Source of the DNA: Eubacteriales bacterium
Lineage (GTDB): Bacteria; Bacillota; Clostridia; Oscillospirales; CAG-272
Length of the DNA: 60,339 nt
Reading direction: 5' to 3'
NCBI GenBank assembly: GCA_045533115.1
Contig: JAZSHF010000035.1
Coordinates: forward strand, 1-60,339
The position numbers and the translations under genes were made by a program. Under the pieces are notes generated by a model. That model was not told the origin of the DNA. It saw only the letters and a list, made by a program, of their open reading frames with translations, and did not search any database. Shown here in pieces: positions 17,548 through 28,054 of the stretch. The stretch's first letter is position 1; every line of letters starts with the position of its first letter.

Positions 17548-18984
17548 TCATTTTTTCTTTTTAACGTGAATGTGGCAAAGACGCTCGTACTCGTCGAAAT
17601 CGATCTCTCGCATAATGTTGTCAAGCTCGTCGTCACCCATCGCGGTCGTTCTGCCTTCCTCGTATTCGCGGTCTATGACCTCTTTTATCTTCGCGATAAA
17701 GGGAGCCTTCTTATCTATCTTATCCTCGTCGTTAAGGCGGAAGTATCCGTTGATCCAGAAAGCTATTCCGGCAAGCCCCGAATGCTTGTCGACCGAAACG
17801 GTTGCGGGACGTCCGAGGATCTTTTCGGTATCGAAGATATTGTATATCTCCTGATCCTTGAGAAGTCCGTCTGCGTGAATGCCGGCTCTCGTCATATTGA
17901 AATTGCGTCCGACAAAAGGCGTTTTCGGAGGAATTTCGTATCCGATATCCTGCTCGAAGAAGTTTGCGATCTCGGTGATTACCGAAAGGTCCATACCGTC
18001 GGTCGTTCCGCGAAGCGATGCGTATTCGATCGCCATCGCCTCAAGCGGGCAGTTGCCGGTACGCTCACCGATTCCAAGCAGAGCGCAGTTGATACCCGAG
18101 CAGCCGTAGAGCCAAGCGGTGGAGGCATTCGTTACGACCTTGTAGAAGTCGTTGTGCCCGTGCCATTCGAGAAGCTCGCTCGGAACTCCCGCATAGTGTT
18201 GCAGACCGTAAATGATTCCGGGAACGCTGCGGGGAAGCGCGGCACCGGGATAGGAAACACCGAAGCCCATAGTATCGCAGGCGCGGATCTTGATCGGCAC
18301 TCCGCTTTCCTCGCTCAGACGTGTGAGCGCCTCTGCAAAGGGAACTACGAAGCCGTAGTAATCGGCACGAGTGATGTCCTCAAAGTGGCAACGGGGACGG
18401 ATGCCCTTGTCAAGTACGCTTTTAACTACGCCGAGATACTTGTCCATCGCCTGCTGGCGGGTAAGTCCCATTTTGTTGTAAATATGATAGTCGGAGCAGG
18501 AAACAAGCACGCCTGTCTCCTTGATACCTATAGATTTTACAAGCTCAAAATCCTTTTCGCTTGCCCTTATCCAAGAGGTCACCTCGGGAAACTTGTAGCC
18601 GAGCGCCATACATTCCTCGACCGCACGGCGGTCCTTCTCGGAATATACGAAGAACTCACTCTGACGGACAAGACCCTTAGGTCCGCCGAGACGGTGAAGC
18701 ATTTTGAATATCTCAACTATCTGCCTTACAGAGAAGGGGGAGGTCGACTGCTGACCGTCTCGGAAGGTAGTATCGGTTATCCAGATGTTCCCCGGCATAT
18801 TGATCGGCACGAAGCGGTGGTTGAAGGAGACCTTCGGAATGCTCTCGTAGTCGAAAAGGTGACGGTAGAGATTGGGAGATTCTCTGTCCTGAAGCTGATA
18901 TTTATATGAAGATTGCTCGAGAAGATTCGTCGCGGTCGAAAATTCGAGCTTGTTTGATGATGAGGAAATTCTTTTATCTTGCAT
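17548..18984 (-). CDS. Re-citrate synthase (DRE-TIM, isopropylmalate synthase superfamily)
   Basis: ITDTTFRDGQQ, FPEVTSWIRA, SCSDYHI, RPRCHFEDITRAD, EWHGHNDFY, TRAGIHADG typical of clostridial Re-citrate synthase; GGAGG SD favours ATG at 18984. Confidence 0.85.
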   Translation of the reverse strand: MQDKRISSSSNKLEFSTATNLLEQSSYKYQLQDRESPNLYRHLFDYESIPKVSFNHRFVPINMPGNIWITDTTFRDGQQSTSPFSVRQIVEIFKMLHRLGGPKGLVRQSEFFVYSEKDRRAVEECMALGYKFPEVTSWIRASEKDFELVKSIGIKETGVLVSCSDYHIYNKMGLTRQQAMDKYLGVVKSVLDKGIRPRCHFEDITRADYYGFVVPFAEALTRLSEESGVPIKIRACDTMGFGVSYPGAALPRSVPGIIYGLQHYAGVPSELLEWHGHNDFYKVVTNASTAWLYGCSGINCALLGIGERTGNCPLEAMAIEYASLRGTTDGMDLSVITEIANFFEQDIGYEIPPKTPFVGRNFNMTRAGIHADGLLKDQEIYNIFDTEKILGRPATVSVDKHSGLAGIAFWINGYFRLNDEDKIDKKAPFIAKIKEVIDREYEEGRTTAMGDDELDNIMREIDFDEYERLCHIHVKKKK

Positions 18985-19084
18985 TTTTGCCTCCGCCAAT
19001 GGTCAACATTTTTGCCCTTTAAGGTATATATAAAATAATTATACCACACATAATGAAATATTGCAATAGCTTTCTTGCAAAGAT

Positions 19085-19999
19085 TCAAATAATTCCGAGA
19101 TGAATCGATATAAACGCAAGGATCGGACACAGTATGAGTGAAACTGCTCTACCGATGATGTATTTATATGCGGGAATTTCGTTTTCGGTAACCGATATCG
19201 ACTGAAATATTATGGCAAGCCCCGACCAACCGACGGCGCTTGATGCAAGAACAAATGCGATATCGCGTGACAATTTTCCCGAGATGTAATTGAGCCCCGA
19301 GCTAAGCTCCAAAAAAGGACAGATGAAAAGCTTGATATTCTCCGATATCGGCAAGGAAATGAATATTCCCGAAACAGCTGAAAAGAATATCACGCTTCCG
19401 CATACGTTCATCATTCCCGCCGAAGCGTCGCGTATGGATGAGGCGATGGCGGTCGGGAAATTCTCTTTTTTTCCTTCCGTTATCGTCGCTTTCATATACG
19501 TTTTGTTCCTCGGCCGCATTATCATAGCCGTTAGCGAGACGGAGATGATTTGAAAAACAAACAAAGCGATACCGCGCCTGCCGTCGTTGAGCAATCCATT
19601 TCCTACGACAGAATAAATGAATGAAAACGACACGGTAGAGGAGAGAAGAAGCGCGCTTTCGGCGTTACGCTTATCTTTACCGCAGGAAAGAGCTTTTACA
19701 GCCATAGCACCCGTCGGTGCCGAGCCGAGAAGTCCGATGACGAATGATATTATATACCTTCCGTCAATTCCGAACAGCCGCGGAAAAAGCTTGCTTCCGA
19801 TTTTGCATAGAGAGTTAAGCACTCCCGAGCGTACCGCTATACCCGTCAGCACCATAGTAGGAAAGAGAGTCGGTATAAGAACCTTGGCGCAAAGAGTCAT
19901 TCCGTTCAGTGCCGAGCGCGCCGCCGCATCGGAAAAAACCAAAAAGAAAAATATAAAGGCAAGTGATGCGTATCCGAGGATCGACTTGTTCCCGACCAT
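19085..19999 (-). CDS. YlbJ-like sporulation integral membrane protein
   Basis: A..G..LC..VLIPTLFP.MV N-terminus, GSVIFFS, LELSSG, GWSGLAI..Q; divergent from yqfC. Confidence 0.75.
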   Translation of the reverse strand: MVGNKSILGYASLAFIFFFLVFSDAAARSALNGMTLCAKVLIPTLFPTMVLTGIAVRSGVLNSLCKIGSKLFPRLFGIDGRYIISFVIGLLGSAPTGAMAVKALSCGKDKRNAESALLLSSTVSFSFIYSVVGNGLLNDGRRGIALFVFQIISVSLTAMIMRPRNKTYMKATITEGKKENFPTAIASSIRDASAGMMNVCGSVIFFSAVSGIFISLPISENIKLFICPFLELSSGLNYISGKLSRDIAFVLASSAVGWSGLAIIFQSISVTENEIPAYKYIIGRAVSLILCPILAFISIHLGII

Positions 20000-20066
20000 G
20001 AATTATACTCCCGTGTTTTGCATATTTTATTATACTATATAAAACCAAAACGGGAGATATTCTTAT

Positions 20067-20336
20067 ATGAAGCTCAAAAAGCGCTTATTACGGTTTGTCG
20101 ATCTGCCCGAGGACGCTTTCGGCGGAAGTCATATTGAAATCGTGTCCGATTCTGTCGTCAAGGTAAACGGTTGCAGGCGGATAATTGATTACTCATCGGA
20201 TAAGATAGTGATGTCAATGAAGGAATACGAGCTGACCGTCACGGGGCACGGATTAACGCTCTCGTCATACGGCGAGAATACCGCCGCAGTTTCGGGTCAG
20301 ATCGTATCGGTCAAGCTGGGAGGTGACGTATGCTGA
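20067..20336 (+). CDS. YabP/YqfC family sporulation protein
   Basis: DLPED, GCRRIIDYS, V.G..L.L, V.GQI; upstream of yqfD. Confidence 0.85.
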   Translation: MKLKKRLLRFVDLPEDAFGGSHIEIVSDSVVKVNGCRRIIDYSSDKIVMSMKEYELTVTGHGLTLSSYGENTAAVSGQIVSVKLGGDVC

Positions 20337-21532
20337 AAAATCTGCTTTTATTCTTTTCTGGATACAGGCGCTTGTCCTGTCAAAAAAGGACGTTTGCAAA
20401 CATCATCTCGGTAATGGCGAAAAACGGTATCAAATATACATTTGCTTCGGAAAAGGACGGCAGAGTCTCATTTACCGTGACCGAGCTGGATTACAAGAGG
20501 CTTGTCGAACGTATTGACGAAAGCGTATTCCGTCTGCACGAGCGCGGAGGGCTGCCTTATTTTTTATACCGTTACCGACGCCGCTACGGGCTTTTGATAG
20601 GCATCGTTATTTTTTTTGTACTTACGAAAATGTCAACGGATTACGTTTGGGATATTACCGTTGACGGAAACGAAAGCATTTCCGACAGCGAGGTGATTAC
20701 TACCCTTGAAAAGCTCGGCTTTTCTGTCGGAACAAATATTTCCGACGTCGATTTTTACGATATTTGCCATCAGTTCGTTCTCGAAAATGAAAACGTTGCC
20801 TGGATATCGGTGAATATGGAGGGAACGTCCGCCCGCGTCAAGCTGATCGAGCGCGACGCAAAGGGAGAGGGTGAAAACGGTACCCCGTCAAATATAGTTG
20901 CCTCGTCCGACGGTATTATCGTTCGAACCGAAACGGTCGACGGAGAGGTTTGCGTAAAAGCGGGAGATCCCGTCACAAAAGGACAGCTTCTTATCAGCGG
21001 CGTTGTCGAGATCGGGCAGGGAATTGACACCGGTAAATTTATGCTGACTCGCGCAAAAGGCAGTATCTACGCGCTGACGAAACGCAGTTTTTCGGTAAGC
21101 GTTCCGCTGAATGGCGTGAAAAATACCGTCAAAGACAGGATTTTGGCAAAAAAGACCCTTATTTTCTTCGGAAAATCTATTAAACTTAAAGAAAACAGTA
21201 GCATTTTAGGTAAAGAGTGTGATATAATAAAAGAAAGTAAGCGAACGGTTCTTTTTGAAGGCCTTGGCGAAAAATGGCATATACCGCTTCCTGTCACCGT
21301 TGTCACTGAATACGCGCTGATAACGAAGGAGGTTGAGTTTGTCTACACCGAGGACGAGGCACTCAAAATTGCCGAAAAGGAAATCGCGCTTCTCTACGCC
21401 TCGGCGATGGGGAATGCGGAGCTTTTTAGCAAGACGGTTGAAAGCACACTTGAAGACGGAGTTTTGCATCTTACTTGGGAAGTTGAATGTATTATTGATA
21501 TCGGTATTGAAACCCCGATAGGACTTGTATAG
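20330..21532 (+). CDS. yqfD: Sporulation protein YqfD
   Basis: GGLPYFL..YRRRYG plus TM, VWDITVDGN, IVASSDGII, GD.V.KGQLLISG. Confidence 0.88.
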   Translation: MLKNLLLFFSGYRRLSCQKRTFANIISVMAKNGIKYTFASEKDGRVSFTVTELDYKRLVERIDESVFRLHERGGLPYFLYRYRRRYGLLIGIVIFFVLTKMSTDYVWDITVDGNESISDSEVITTLEKLGFSVGTNISDVDFYDICHQFVLENENVAWISVNMEGTSARVKLIERDAKGEGENGTPSNIVASSDGIIVRTETVDGEVCVKAGDPVTKGQLLISGVVEIGQGIDTGKFMLTRAKGSIYALTKRSFSVSVPLNGVKNTVKDRILAKKTLIFFGKSIKLKENSSILGKECDIIKESKRTVLFEGLGEKWHIPLPVTVVTEYALITKEVEFVYTEDEALKIAEKEIALLYASAMGNAELFSKTVESTLEDGVLHLTWEVECIIDIGIETPIGLV

Positions 21533-21541
21533 AGGTTAAAA

Positions 21542-22564
21542 ATGGCAGAAAAGACAGTTAAAACAGACAGTATCGAGCAGACCGCGATGCTTTTCGGCGG
21601 CCTTGACTGTTACGCTAAAAGAATTGAGGACGCTTTCGGTGTGCGCCTTGTAACGCGCGACAGCGAGCTTGCGGGCGGAAGTGTTATTGCCGTCACGGGA
21701 AATGACGAGGCGTCGGTTTACAGTGCATCGGAAGCGCTTAAGTATCTTCAGAAGATCGCGTCGCTCAATAATAATATTACCTCGCAAAACGTCGATTACG
21801 TTATCTCGATGGTTCGCGACGGAAAGAACGAGGAGCTGTCGGGATTCGACGGCGACTGTATTTGCATTACGACGCGAGGAAAGCCGATAAAGGCGAAGAC
21901 GGTCGGTCAAAGCAGATACGTTGATCTGATAAAGAAAAACACGGTCGTAATGGGTATAGGCCCCGCGGGAACGGGTAAAACTTTCCTTGCCGTCGCGATG
22001 GCGGTTAAGGCGCTCCGCGCAAAGCAGGTAAGCAGAATCATTCTGACGCGCCCTGCAGTCGAGGCAGGCGAGAAGCTTGGATATTTGCCGGGTGACCTTC
22101 AGAATAAGATCGACCCGTATCTTCGTCCGCTTTACGACGCGCTTTTTGAAATGCTCGGTGCCGAGAATTATCAGAGAAACGTTGAGAAGGGCGTAATTGA
22201 GATTGCGCCCCTTGCATATATGCGAGGCAGAACGCTTGACGATTCCTTCATCATTCTCGACGAGGCGCAGAATACGACGCCTGAGCAGATGAAGATGTTT
22301 TTAACCCGTCTCGGTTCAAATTCGAAGGCGATAGTGACGGGTGACATCACGCAGACCGACCTTCCGAGAGGTATGAAGAGCGGTCTTGTTGAGGCAATAC
22401 ACGTCCTTGACGGCGTAAGTGATATTGCGATACACCATTTCACCGAGCGCGACGTCGTAAGACACCGCCTCGTACAGCAGATAATTCTGGCATACGAAAA
22501 GTACGACAAAGAAAGACAGGAAAAGATGAATGAGCGCCAAAGCGGACGTTTTTACAAGAAATGA
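21542..22564 (+). CDS. phoH: PhoH family ATPase
   Basis: GPAGTGKT, RPAVEAGEKLGYLPG, APLAYMRGRTL, DEAQN. Confidence 0.96.
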   Translation: MAEKTVKTDSIEQTAMLFGGLDCYAKRIEDAFGVRLVTRDSELAGGSVIAVTGNDEASVYSASEALKYLQKIASLNNNITSQNVDYVISMVRDGKNEELSGFDGDCICITTRGKPIKAKTVGQSRYVDLIKKNTVVMGIGPAGTGKTFLAVAMAVKALRAKQVSRIILTRPAVEAGEKLGYLPGDLQNKIDPYLRPLYDALFEMLGAENYQRNVEKGVIEIAPLAYMRGRTLDDSFIILDEAQNTTPEQMKMFLTRLGSNSKAIVTGDITQTDLPRGMKSGLVEAIHVLDGVSDIAIHHFTERDVVRHRLVQQIILAYEKYDKERQEKMNERQSGRFYKK

Positions 22565-23003
22565 GCAAAAAAAGGAGACGGTAACACCGTCGCTTCGCGC
22601 CCTTGTCCGCCGTGCTATAAAGGCGGCGCTTGAATATGAAAAGGTATCCTTTGCACCTGAAATTTCGGTCACATTTACCGATAACGAGGGAATAAGGGAG
22701 CTTAATGCTTCTCATAGAAGCATTGACCGACCGACCGACGTCCTTTCCTTTCCCCTTTTTGAAAAAGAGGAGCTTTCGGAGGCGACCGACGGTGACGCCC
22801 TCGGCGATATAGTGATCTCCCTTGAAAGAGCAAGAGAGCAGGCAAACGAGTACGGGCACTCATACGAGCGCGAGGTCGCGTTCTTGACGGTGCATTCGAT
22901 GCTCCATCTTCTCGGTTACGATCACGAAATCTCCGAGGAAGATGAAAAGGAAATGTTTTTTAAGCAGGAAGAAATATTGAAAACAATAGGATTAGTAAGA
23001 TAA
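22530..23003 (+). CDS. ybeY: rRNA maturation endoribonuclease YbeY
   Basis: PTDVLSFP, LGDIVIS, HSMLHLLGYDH. Confidence 0.96.
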   Translation: MSAKADVFTRNEQKKETVTPSLRALVRRAIKAALEYEKVSFAPEISVTFTDNEGIRELNASHRSIDRPTDVLSFPLFEKEELSEATDGDALGDIVISLERAREQANEYGHSYEREVAFLTVHSMLHLLGYDHEISEEDEKEMFFKQEEILKTIGLVR

Positions 23004-23013
23004 GGAAGCAGTT

Positions 23014-23901
23014 ATGAGAACAGGATTTATAGCAATACTCGGACGCCCCAACGTCGGAAAATCGACGCTTCTTAACGCAATGCTCGGCGAAAAGATCGCA
23101 ATAGTATCGAAGAAGCCTCAGACGACGAGAACGAGAATAACGGGAATACTGACGCGAGGCGAGGATCAATTCGTTTTTCTTGACACTCCCGGTATGATAA
23201 AGAGCAGAAACAAGCTCGGCGATTATATGGTAAAGACGATCTCTAATACGATAGGCGAGGTCGACGCCTGCCTTTTCGTAGTTGAGGCGGGTGTTGCCCC
23301 CGGCGCGACCGAGAAGAATATTCTCGAAAGAATAGGCAAAAGATCGCTTCCCGCAATTCTCGTTATAAACAAGACCGATAAGGTTTCGGGCGAAGCGGTC
23401 GGAGATACTATTCTTATGTATAAGGACCTTTACGATTTTGTCGCGGTAGTTCCGATCTCGGCGCAGAATAATAAGGGCGTTGATACGGTTCTAAGTGAGG
23501 CTGAGAATTTCCTATCTGATGGAGATTGGTTCTTCGGCGAGGACGAGATAACTGATCAGCCTGAAAGACAGATCGCGGCCGAAATAATCAGAGAAAAGCT
23601 CCTTCGCACCCTCGACGACGAAATTCCTCACGGAACGGCAGTGGTTATCGAGGAATTTAAGGAGGAGGGCAAGCTTCTCCGCATAAGAGCCGAAATCTTC
23701 TGTGAGCGCGAGGCGCATAAGAGAATTATTATCGGCAAGCAGGGCGCTCAGCTCAAAAAGATCGGAAGCTATGCAAGAGAGGATCTTGAAGGCTTCTTCG
23801 GAATGAAGGTCTTTCTTGACCTTTGGGTAAAGGTCAAGACGAATTGGCGCGATGATGCGGTCAACCTTGGAAACTTCGGCTTCAATAAGAACGATCTTTG
23901 A
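23014..23901 (+). CDS. era: GTPase Era
   Basis: GRPNVGKST, KPQTTR, DTPG, NKTD, KH domain IIIGKQG. Confidence 0.97.
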   Translation: MRTGFIAILGRPNVGKSTLLNAMLGEKIAIVSKKPQTTRTRITGILTRGEDQFVFLDTPGMIKSRNKLGDYMVKTISNTIGEVDACLFVVEAGVAPGATEKNILERIGKRSLPAILVINKTDKVSGEAVGDTILMYKDLYDFVAVVPISAQNNKGVDTVLSEAENFLSDGDWFFGEDEITDQPERQIAAEIIREKLLRTLDDEIPHGTAVVIEEFKEEGKLLRIRAEIFCEREAHKRIIIGKQGAQLKKIGSYAREDLEGFFGMKVFLDLWVKVKTNWRDDAVNLGNFGFNKNDL

Positions 23902-23902
23902 T

Positions 23903-24700
23903 ATGAGTAAGGAATTAACGAGCTTTCCCGCGCTCGTCATTCGCGAAAGTGATTACGGCGAAAACGATAAGCTGCTGACGTTACTTTCCGCCGAAAAGGG
24001 AAGAATGACGGTGCTTTTCAAGGGCGGAAAGAGCCTAAAGAATAAAAATAGCGCGTCAAGTCAGCTCCTTTGCTACAGCGAATTTACCGTCAAGGAGCGA
24101 AACGGTTTTTATACGCTCTCCGAGGCGGCGCTGATACAGCAGTTTTTTGAATTGCGTTCTTCACTTGACTGCTTTGCTCTTTCGCAGTATATAGCCGACG
24201 TTTGCGGCGAGGTCAGCGTCGAAAACGAAAACGGTGAGGAAACTCTTTCACTTGCCTTAAATACGCTTTATATGCTTTGCCGTGATGATACCGATACCGA
24301 TTTTATCAAGGCGGTGTTTGAACTTCGCTGTATGGCGATAAGCGGCTTTTGCCCCGACCTTACTGCTTGTCCCTTGTGCGGAAAGCAGGAGAGTGACATA
24401 TTTTACCTTGACGTGATGAACGGCTCGCTTCGCTGCGGAGACTGCTTTGGCTCCGACGAGGATATAGAGCTTCGCAAAAGCGAGGGACAGGCACTTATAA
24501 TAATGCCTCTTTCCCCCTCGGTGCTTGCGGCGATGAGATACGTTATCTCTTCGCCGGGCAAGAGAGTTTTTTCATTCAGGCTCGAGGAGGAAGCGCTTGA
24601 CTCCTTTTGCCGTGTGTGTGAAAAATATATTACACATCACCTTGAGCGGGGCTTCAAAACGCTTGATTTTTACAAGAACATAAAGAAAATGGATATATAA
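23903..24700 (+). CDS. recO: DNA repair protein RecO
   Basis: DYGENDKLLTLLS, zinc finger CPLCG...CGDC, era-recO synteny. Confidence 0.93.
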   Translation: MSKELTSFPALVIRESDYGENDKLLTLLSAEKGRMTVLFKGGKSLKNKNSASSQLLCYSEFTVKERNGFYTLSEAALIQQFFELRSSLDCFALSQYIADVCGEVSVENENGEETLSLALNTLYMLCRDDTDTDFIKAVFELRCMAISGFCPDLTACPLCGKQESDIFYLDVMNGSLRCGDCFGSDEDIELRKSEGQALIIMPLSPSVLAAMRYVISSPGKRVFSFRLEEEALDSFCRVCEKYITHHLERGFKTLDFYKNIKKMDI

Positions 24701-24702
24701 GA

Positions 24703-27102
24703 ATGGCAAACTTTTCAAAGGCACTTATTACCCTTGAATTTGATAAGATACTCACAATGCTCGCAGAATGCTCTCCGACGGAGGGCGCTCGGGCTTTGTC
24801 TATGCGTCTGTCTCCAATCTCGGACGAGTATTCGATAAGAAAGCACATCGCGATGACGACCGACGCCAAAAAAATGATAGCCGCAAAGGGCTTTCCGTCG
24901 TTTGGCAGCGTCCGCGATATAACCGACGCGATTGAGCGTGCCGAGAAGGGCGGAACGATGAGCACGAAGGATCTTCTTGATACCGCTTCGCTTATGGCGT
25001 CGAGCCGCCGTCTTTACGACTATTATTTCGGCGACCGAAGCGATATGAACGCCTATCCGTCGCTTAACGAATATTTTGCACGTCTTATGACCGACAGAAT
25101 GCTCGAGAACAGGATAACGAAAACGGTGCTTGCCGAGGATATGATAGCCGACGAGGCATCTCCCGAGCTATCCGATATCCGACGCAAAATAAGGGCAGAG
25201 CATAATAAGATCAAGGAAAGTCTAAGTAGATACGTAAGCGGAGCTTACGCAAAGTATCTTCAGGAAAATATAGTAACACAGCGTAACGGCAGATACGTCG
25301 TTCACGTCAAGGCGGAGTATAAGAACGAAATTAAAGGGCTTGTACACGACACCTCCGCATCGGGCGCAACGCTCTTTATCGAGCCGCTTTCCGTCGTTGA
25401 CGCAAATAACGAGCTTCGCGCGCTTGAAAGCCGTGAAAAGCACGAAATTGAGAGAATACTCTCCGAGCTTTCCGCTATGTGCGCCGAGCAGGGCGGGGTT
25501 ATCATCGGTAATTATTATAACCTTACCGAGCTTGGCTTCGTTTTTGCAAAGGGCGAGCTTTCGTACAGAATGAACGCGACCGAGCCGAAGATCGTTGACG
25601 GTACTGCCCGTCTTACCTATAAGAGAGCAAGACACCCTCTTATTGACAAAAAGAATGTCGTGCCGATCTCCGTCGAGCTCGGATACGACTACGATACGAT
25701 GATAGTCACAGGACCGAATACGGGCGGCAAAACGGTATGTATGAAGACGGTAGGACTTCTTACGCTTATGGCGCAGGCGGGACTTCATATACCCTGCGAG
25801 GACGGTGCCGAGCTTTCGGTCTTTGATTCCGTTCTTGCCGATATCGGTGACGAGCAAAGCATCGAGCAGTCGCTTTCCACATTCTCGTCGCACATGGTAA
25901 ATATAGTCGACATACTGAACAGCGTTACCGATAGATCTCTCGTTCTCCTCGACGAGCTTGGCGCGGGAACCGACCCGACAGAGGGGGCGGCGCTTGCTAT
26001 GGCTATAATCGGAAAGGTGCGCTCGTTCGGCGCGCTGTGCTGTGCAACGACGCACTACGCGGAAATCAAGGCATACGCGCTCGAAACCGAGGGCGTAACG
26101 AACGCGTCCTGTGAATTTGATATCGAAACTCTCCGTCCGACCTATCGCCTAATAATCGGTACGCCGGGTAAATCGAATGCATTTGCAATTTCCCGCAAAC
26201 TTGGAATTTCGGAGGACATAATCGCTGCCGCCGAAGCGAAGATTTCGACCGACGATAAGCGTTTTGAAAAGGTCATTGAGGAGCTTGAAGCCCGCCGAAT
26301 TGAAGCGGAGCGCGAGCGCGACGCGGCGCTCAAGGAGCGCAGAGAGTTTGAAAAGTACCGCGCCGATCAGGAAAAGGCTATGAGAGAACGCCTATCTGCT
26401 TCGGAAAAACAGCTTGAAAAGAATATCGAAAAGGCGGAGCAGATAATAACGAGCGCGAAGATAACGAGCGAATACGTTATGGACGAGCTTGAAAAGATCA
26501 AGCGCCAAAAGGATAAAGAGAACTTCGGAGCTAAGCTCGAGGCGGGCAGACGCGATATACGAAAGAGTCTGCGCGACGCCTCTGACAGTGTCAATCCCGT
26601 TCAAGAGGACGCAAACGACGGTTACGAGCTTCCGCGAGCTCTTCGAAAGGGTGATACCGTCCGTGTAGTCAACCTCGGTCAGGAGGGAATGCTTACCTCC
26701 GATCCCGATAAGAACGGTAACGTGACCGTTCAGGCTGGCTTTATGAATATCCGAAGCAATATAAAGAATTTACGCCTAATAGAAGAAGCGGTGCAGGTGA
26801 CGACCGCAGACAAAAAGCGCATTGCCGCCTCAAAATATCAGGCAACGCTCAATAAGACGTTTACGTCGTCCCTCGACCTCCGCGGTCAGTATGGCGACGA
26901 CGCGTGGTTTATGACCGATAAGTACCTTGATGAAGCAGTTATGGCGAATATTAAGAGCGTAACGCTCATTCACGGCAAGGGCACGGGTGCTCTTCGCGAC
27001 GCGCTTAAAAGACACCTTAAAAACGATCCCCGTGTAAAAAGCTTCCGTGCCGGCATCTACGGCGAGGGTGACGGAGGAGTTACGGTTGTTGAGCTTAAAT
27101 AA
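24703..27102 (+). CDS. mutS2: MutS2 (MutS ATPase, coiled coil, KOW, Smr)
   Basis: TGPNTGGKT, SIEQSLSTFSSHM, DELGAGTDP, LDLRG, IHGKGTGAL. Confidence 0.97.
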   Translation: MANFSKALITLEFDKILTMLAECSPTEGARALSMRLSPISDEYSIRKHIAMTTDAKKMIAAKGFPSFGSVRDITDAIERAEKGGTMSTKDLLDTASLMASSRRLYDYYFGDRSDMNAYPSLNEYFARLMTDRMLENRITKTVLAEDMIADEASPELSDIRRKIRAEHNKIKESLSRYVSGAYAKYLQENIVTQRNGRYVVHVKAEYKNEIKGLVHDTSASGATLFIEPLSVVDANNELRALESREKHEIERILSELSAMCAEQGGVIIGNYYNLTELGFVFAKGELSYRMNATEPKIVDGTARLTYKRARHPLIDKKNVVPISVELGYDYDTMIVTGPNTGGKTVCMKTVGLLTLMAQAGLHIPCEDGAELSVFDSVLADIGDEQSIEQSLSTFSSHMVNIVDILNSVTDRSLVLLDELGAGTDPTEGAALAMAIIGKVRSFGALCCATTHYAEIKAYALETEGVTNASCEFDIETLRPTYRLIIGTPGKSNAFAISRKLGISEDIIAAAEAKISTDDKRFEKVIEELEARRIEAERERDAALKERREFEKYRADQEKAMRERLSASEKQLEKNIEKAEQIITSAKITSEYVMDELEKIKRQKDKENFGAKLEAGRRDIRKSLRDASDSVNPVQEDANDGYELPRALRKGDTVRVVNLGQEGMLTSDPDKNGNVTVQAGFMNIRSNIKNLRLIEEAVQVTTADKKRIAASKYQATLNKTFTSSLDLRGQYGDDAWFMTDKYLDEAVMANIKSVTLIHGKGTGALRDALKRHLKNDPRVKSFRAGIYGEGDGGVTVVELK

Positions 27103-27135
27103 CAAAAAGCAGAGCATGCCGCTCTGCTTTTTGTT
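27101..27135. terminator. Bidirectional terminator
   Basis: AACAAAAAGCAGAGC...GCTCTGCTTTTTGTT. Confidence 0.78.
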
Positions 27136-27934
27136 ATTTACGGTTAATACCTTTTCGGTACTTATGAGGAGTTACACCGTACTCCTTTTTGAATACTCGC
27201 GAGAAGTTTTCTTCGGGAATGCCGACTGATTCTGCGATGCTTCCTATCGATGCCGAGGTATCCTCAAGAAGAGCGCAGGCCTTTTTTAATTTGAACGAGG
27301 TAATATATTCGTGAGGCGAAAGCCCGAGCTTGTGCTTGAATAGAGTGGAAAAATACGCGCGTTCAAGTCCCGTTGCCTCGGCAAGCTCGTTTACGGTCAG
27401 AATCTCGTTATATCTTGATTCTATGATACCGAGAGCCTTGTCTATCCATTCGTCACCGGATGCCTGTACCTTTTTGTGGCGGAAAAGAATGCTTAAAAGG
27501 TCATATACGTATCCCGTCAGTTTAAGATTTGATCCTGCGTCGGGAGCTTCCCACGTCGCCGCCATACATTCAAGACAGGAATAAAGCTCGTTAAAAGCTT
27601 CGGGAGAAGCAAACGGAGAGGTTGAGCTTATGCCTACCTTTTTCAGATATCGTTCGACCGCAATCCCGCCGACGGCACACCATATTCCTTGGCGCGGGTC
27701 TGTCTTGTCAGCTTTATGTATTACGGCATCTCCCGGCAATAGTATATAACAGTCTCCCGCCTTGACAGGAAATTCTTTTCCGTTAATGACGACCGCACCT
27801 GCGCCCCTAATGCAGGTCTCGATAACAAAAACTTCTCGAACAACCGGCCCGTAGACGATTCCGGGAGTCAAATCGGTTTCCTTTTGACAGCAGAGCACGA
27901 CCGGTTCGTCACTTTTAATTCGCGAGTATGGCAT
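27134..27934 (-). CDS. AraC family transcriptional regulator
   Basis: N-terminal cupin (YGP.VRE) and C-terminal double HTH (YFSTLFK, FSRVFKKEYGVTP); start adjusted to ATG after GGGGGT. Confidence 0.9.
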   Translation of the reverse strand: MPYSRIKSDEPVVLCCQKETDLTPGIVYGPVVREVFVIETCIRGAGAVVINGKEFPVKAGDCYILLPGDAVIHKADKTDPRQGIWCAVGGIAVERYLKKVGISSTSPFASPEAFNELYSCLECMAATWEAPDAGSNLKLTGYVYDLLSILFRHKKVQASGDEWIDKALGIIESRYNEILTVNELAEATGLERAYFSTLFKHKLGLSPHEYITSFKLKKACALLEDTSASIGSIAESVGIPEENFSRVFKKEYGVTPHKYRKGINRK

Positions 27935-28054
27935 ATAATTACCCCCAAAAAAGAAATCAAACAAATTGATGAAAATAACAAACAAAATACGGTTGCGATA
28001 TGATCGGTGCATCTGCTATAATTATAACACAAATATCCGAAAGGAGCAATAGTT

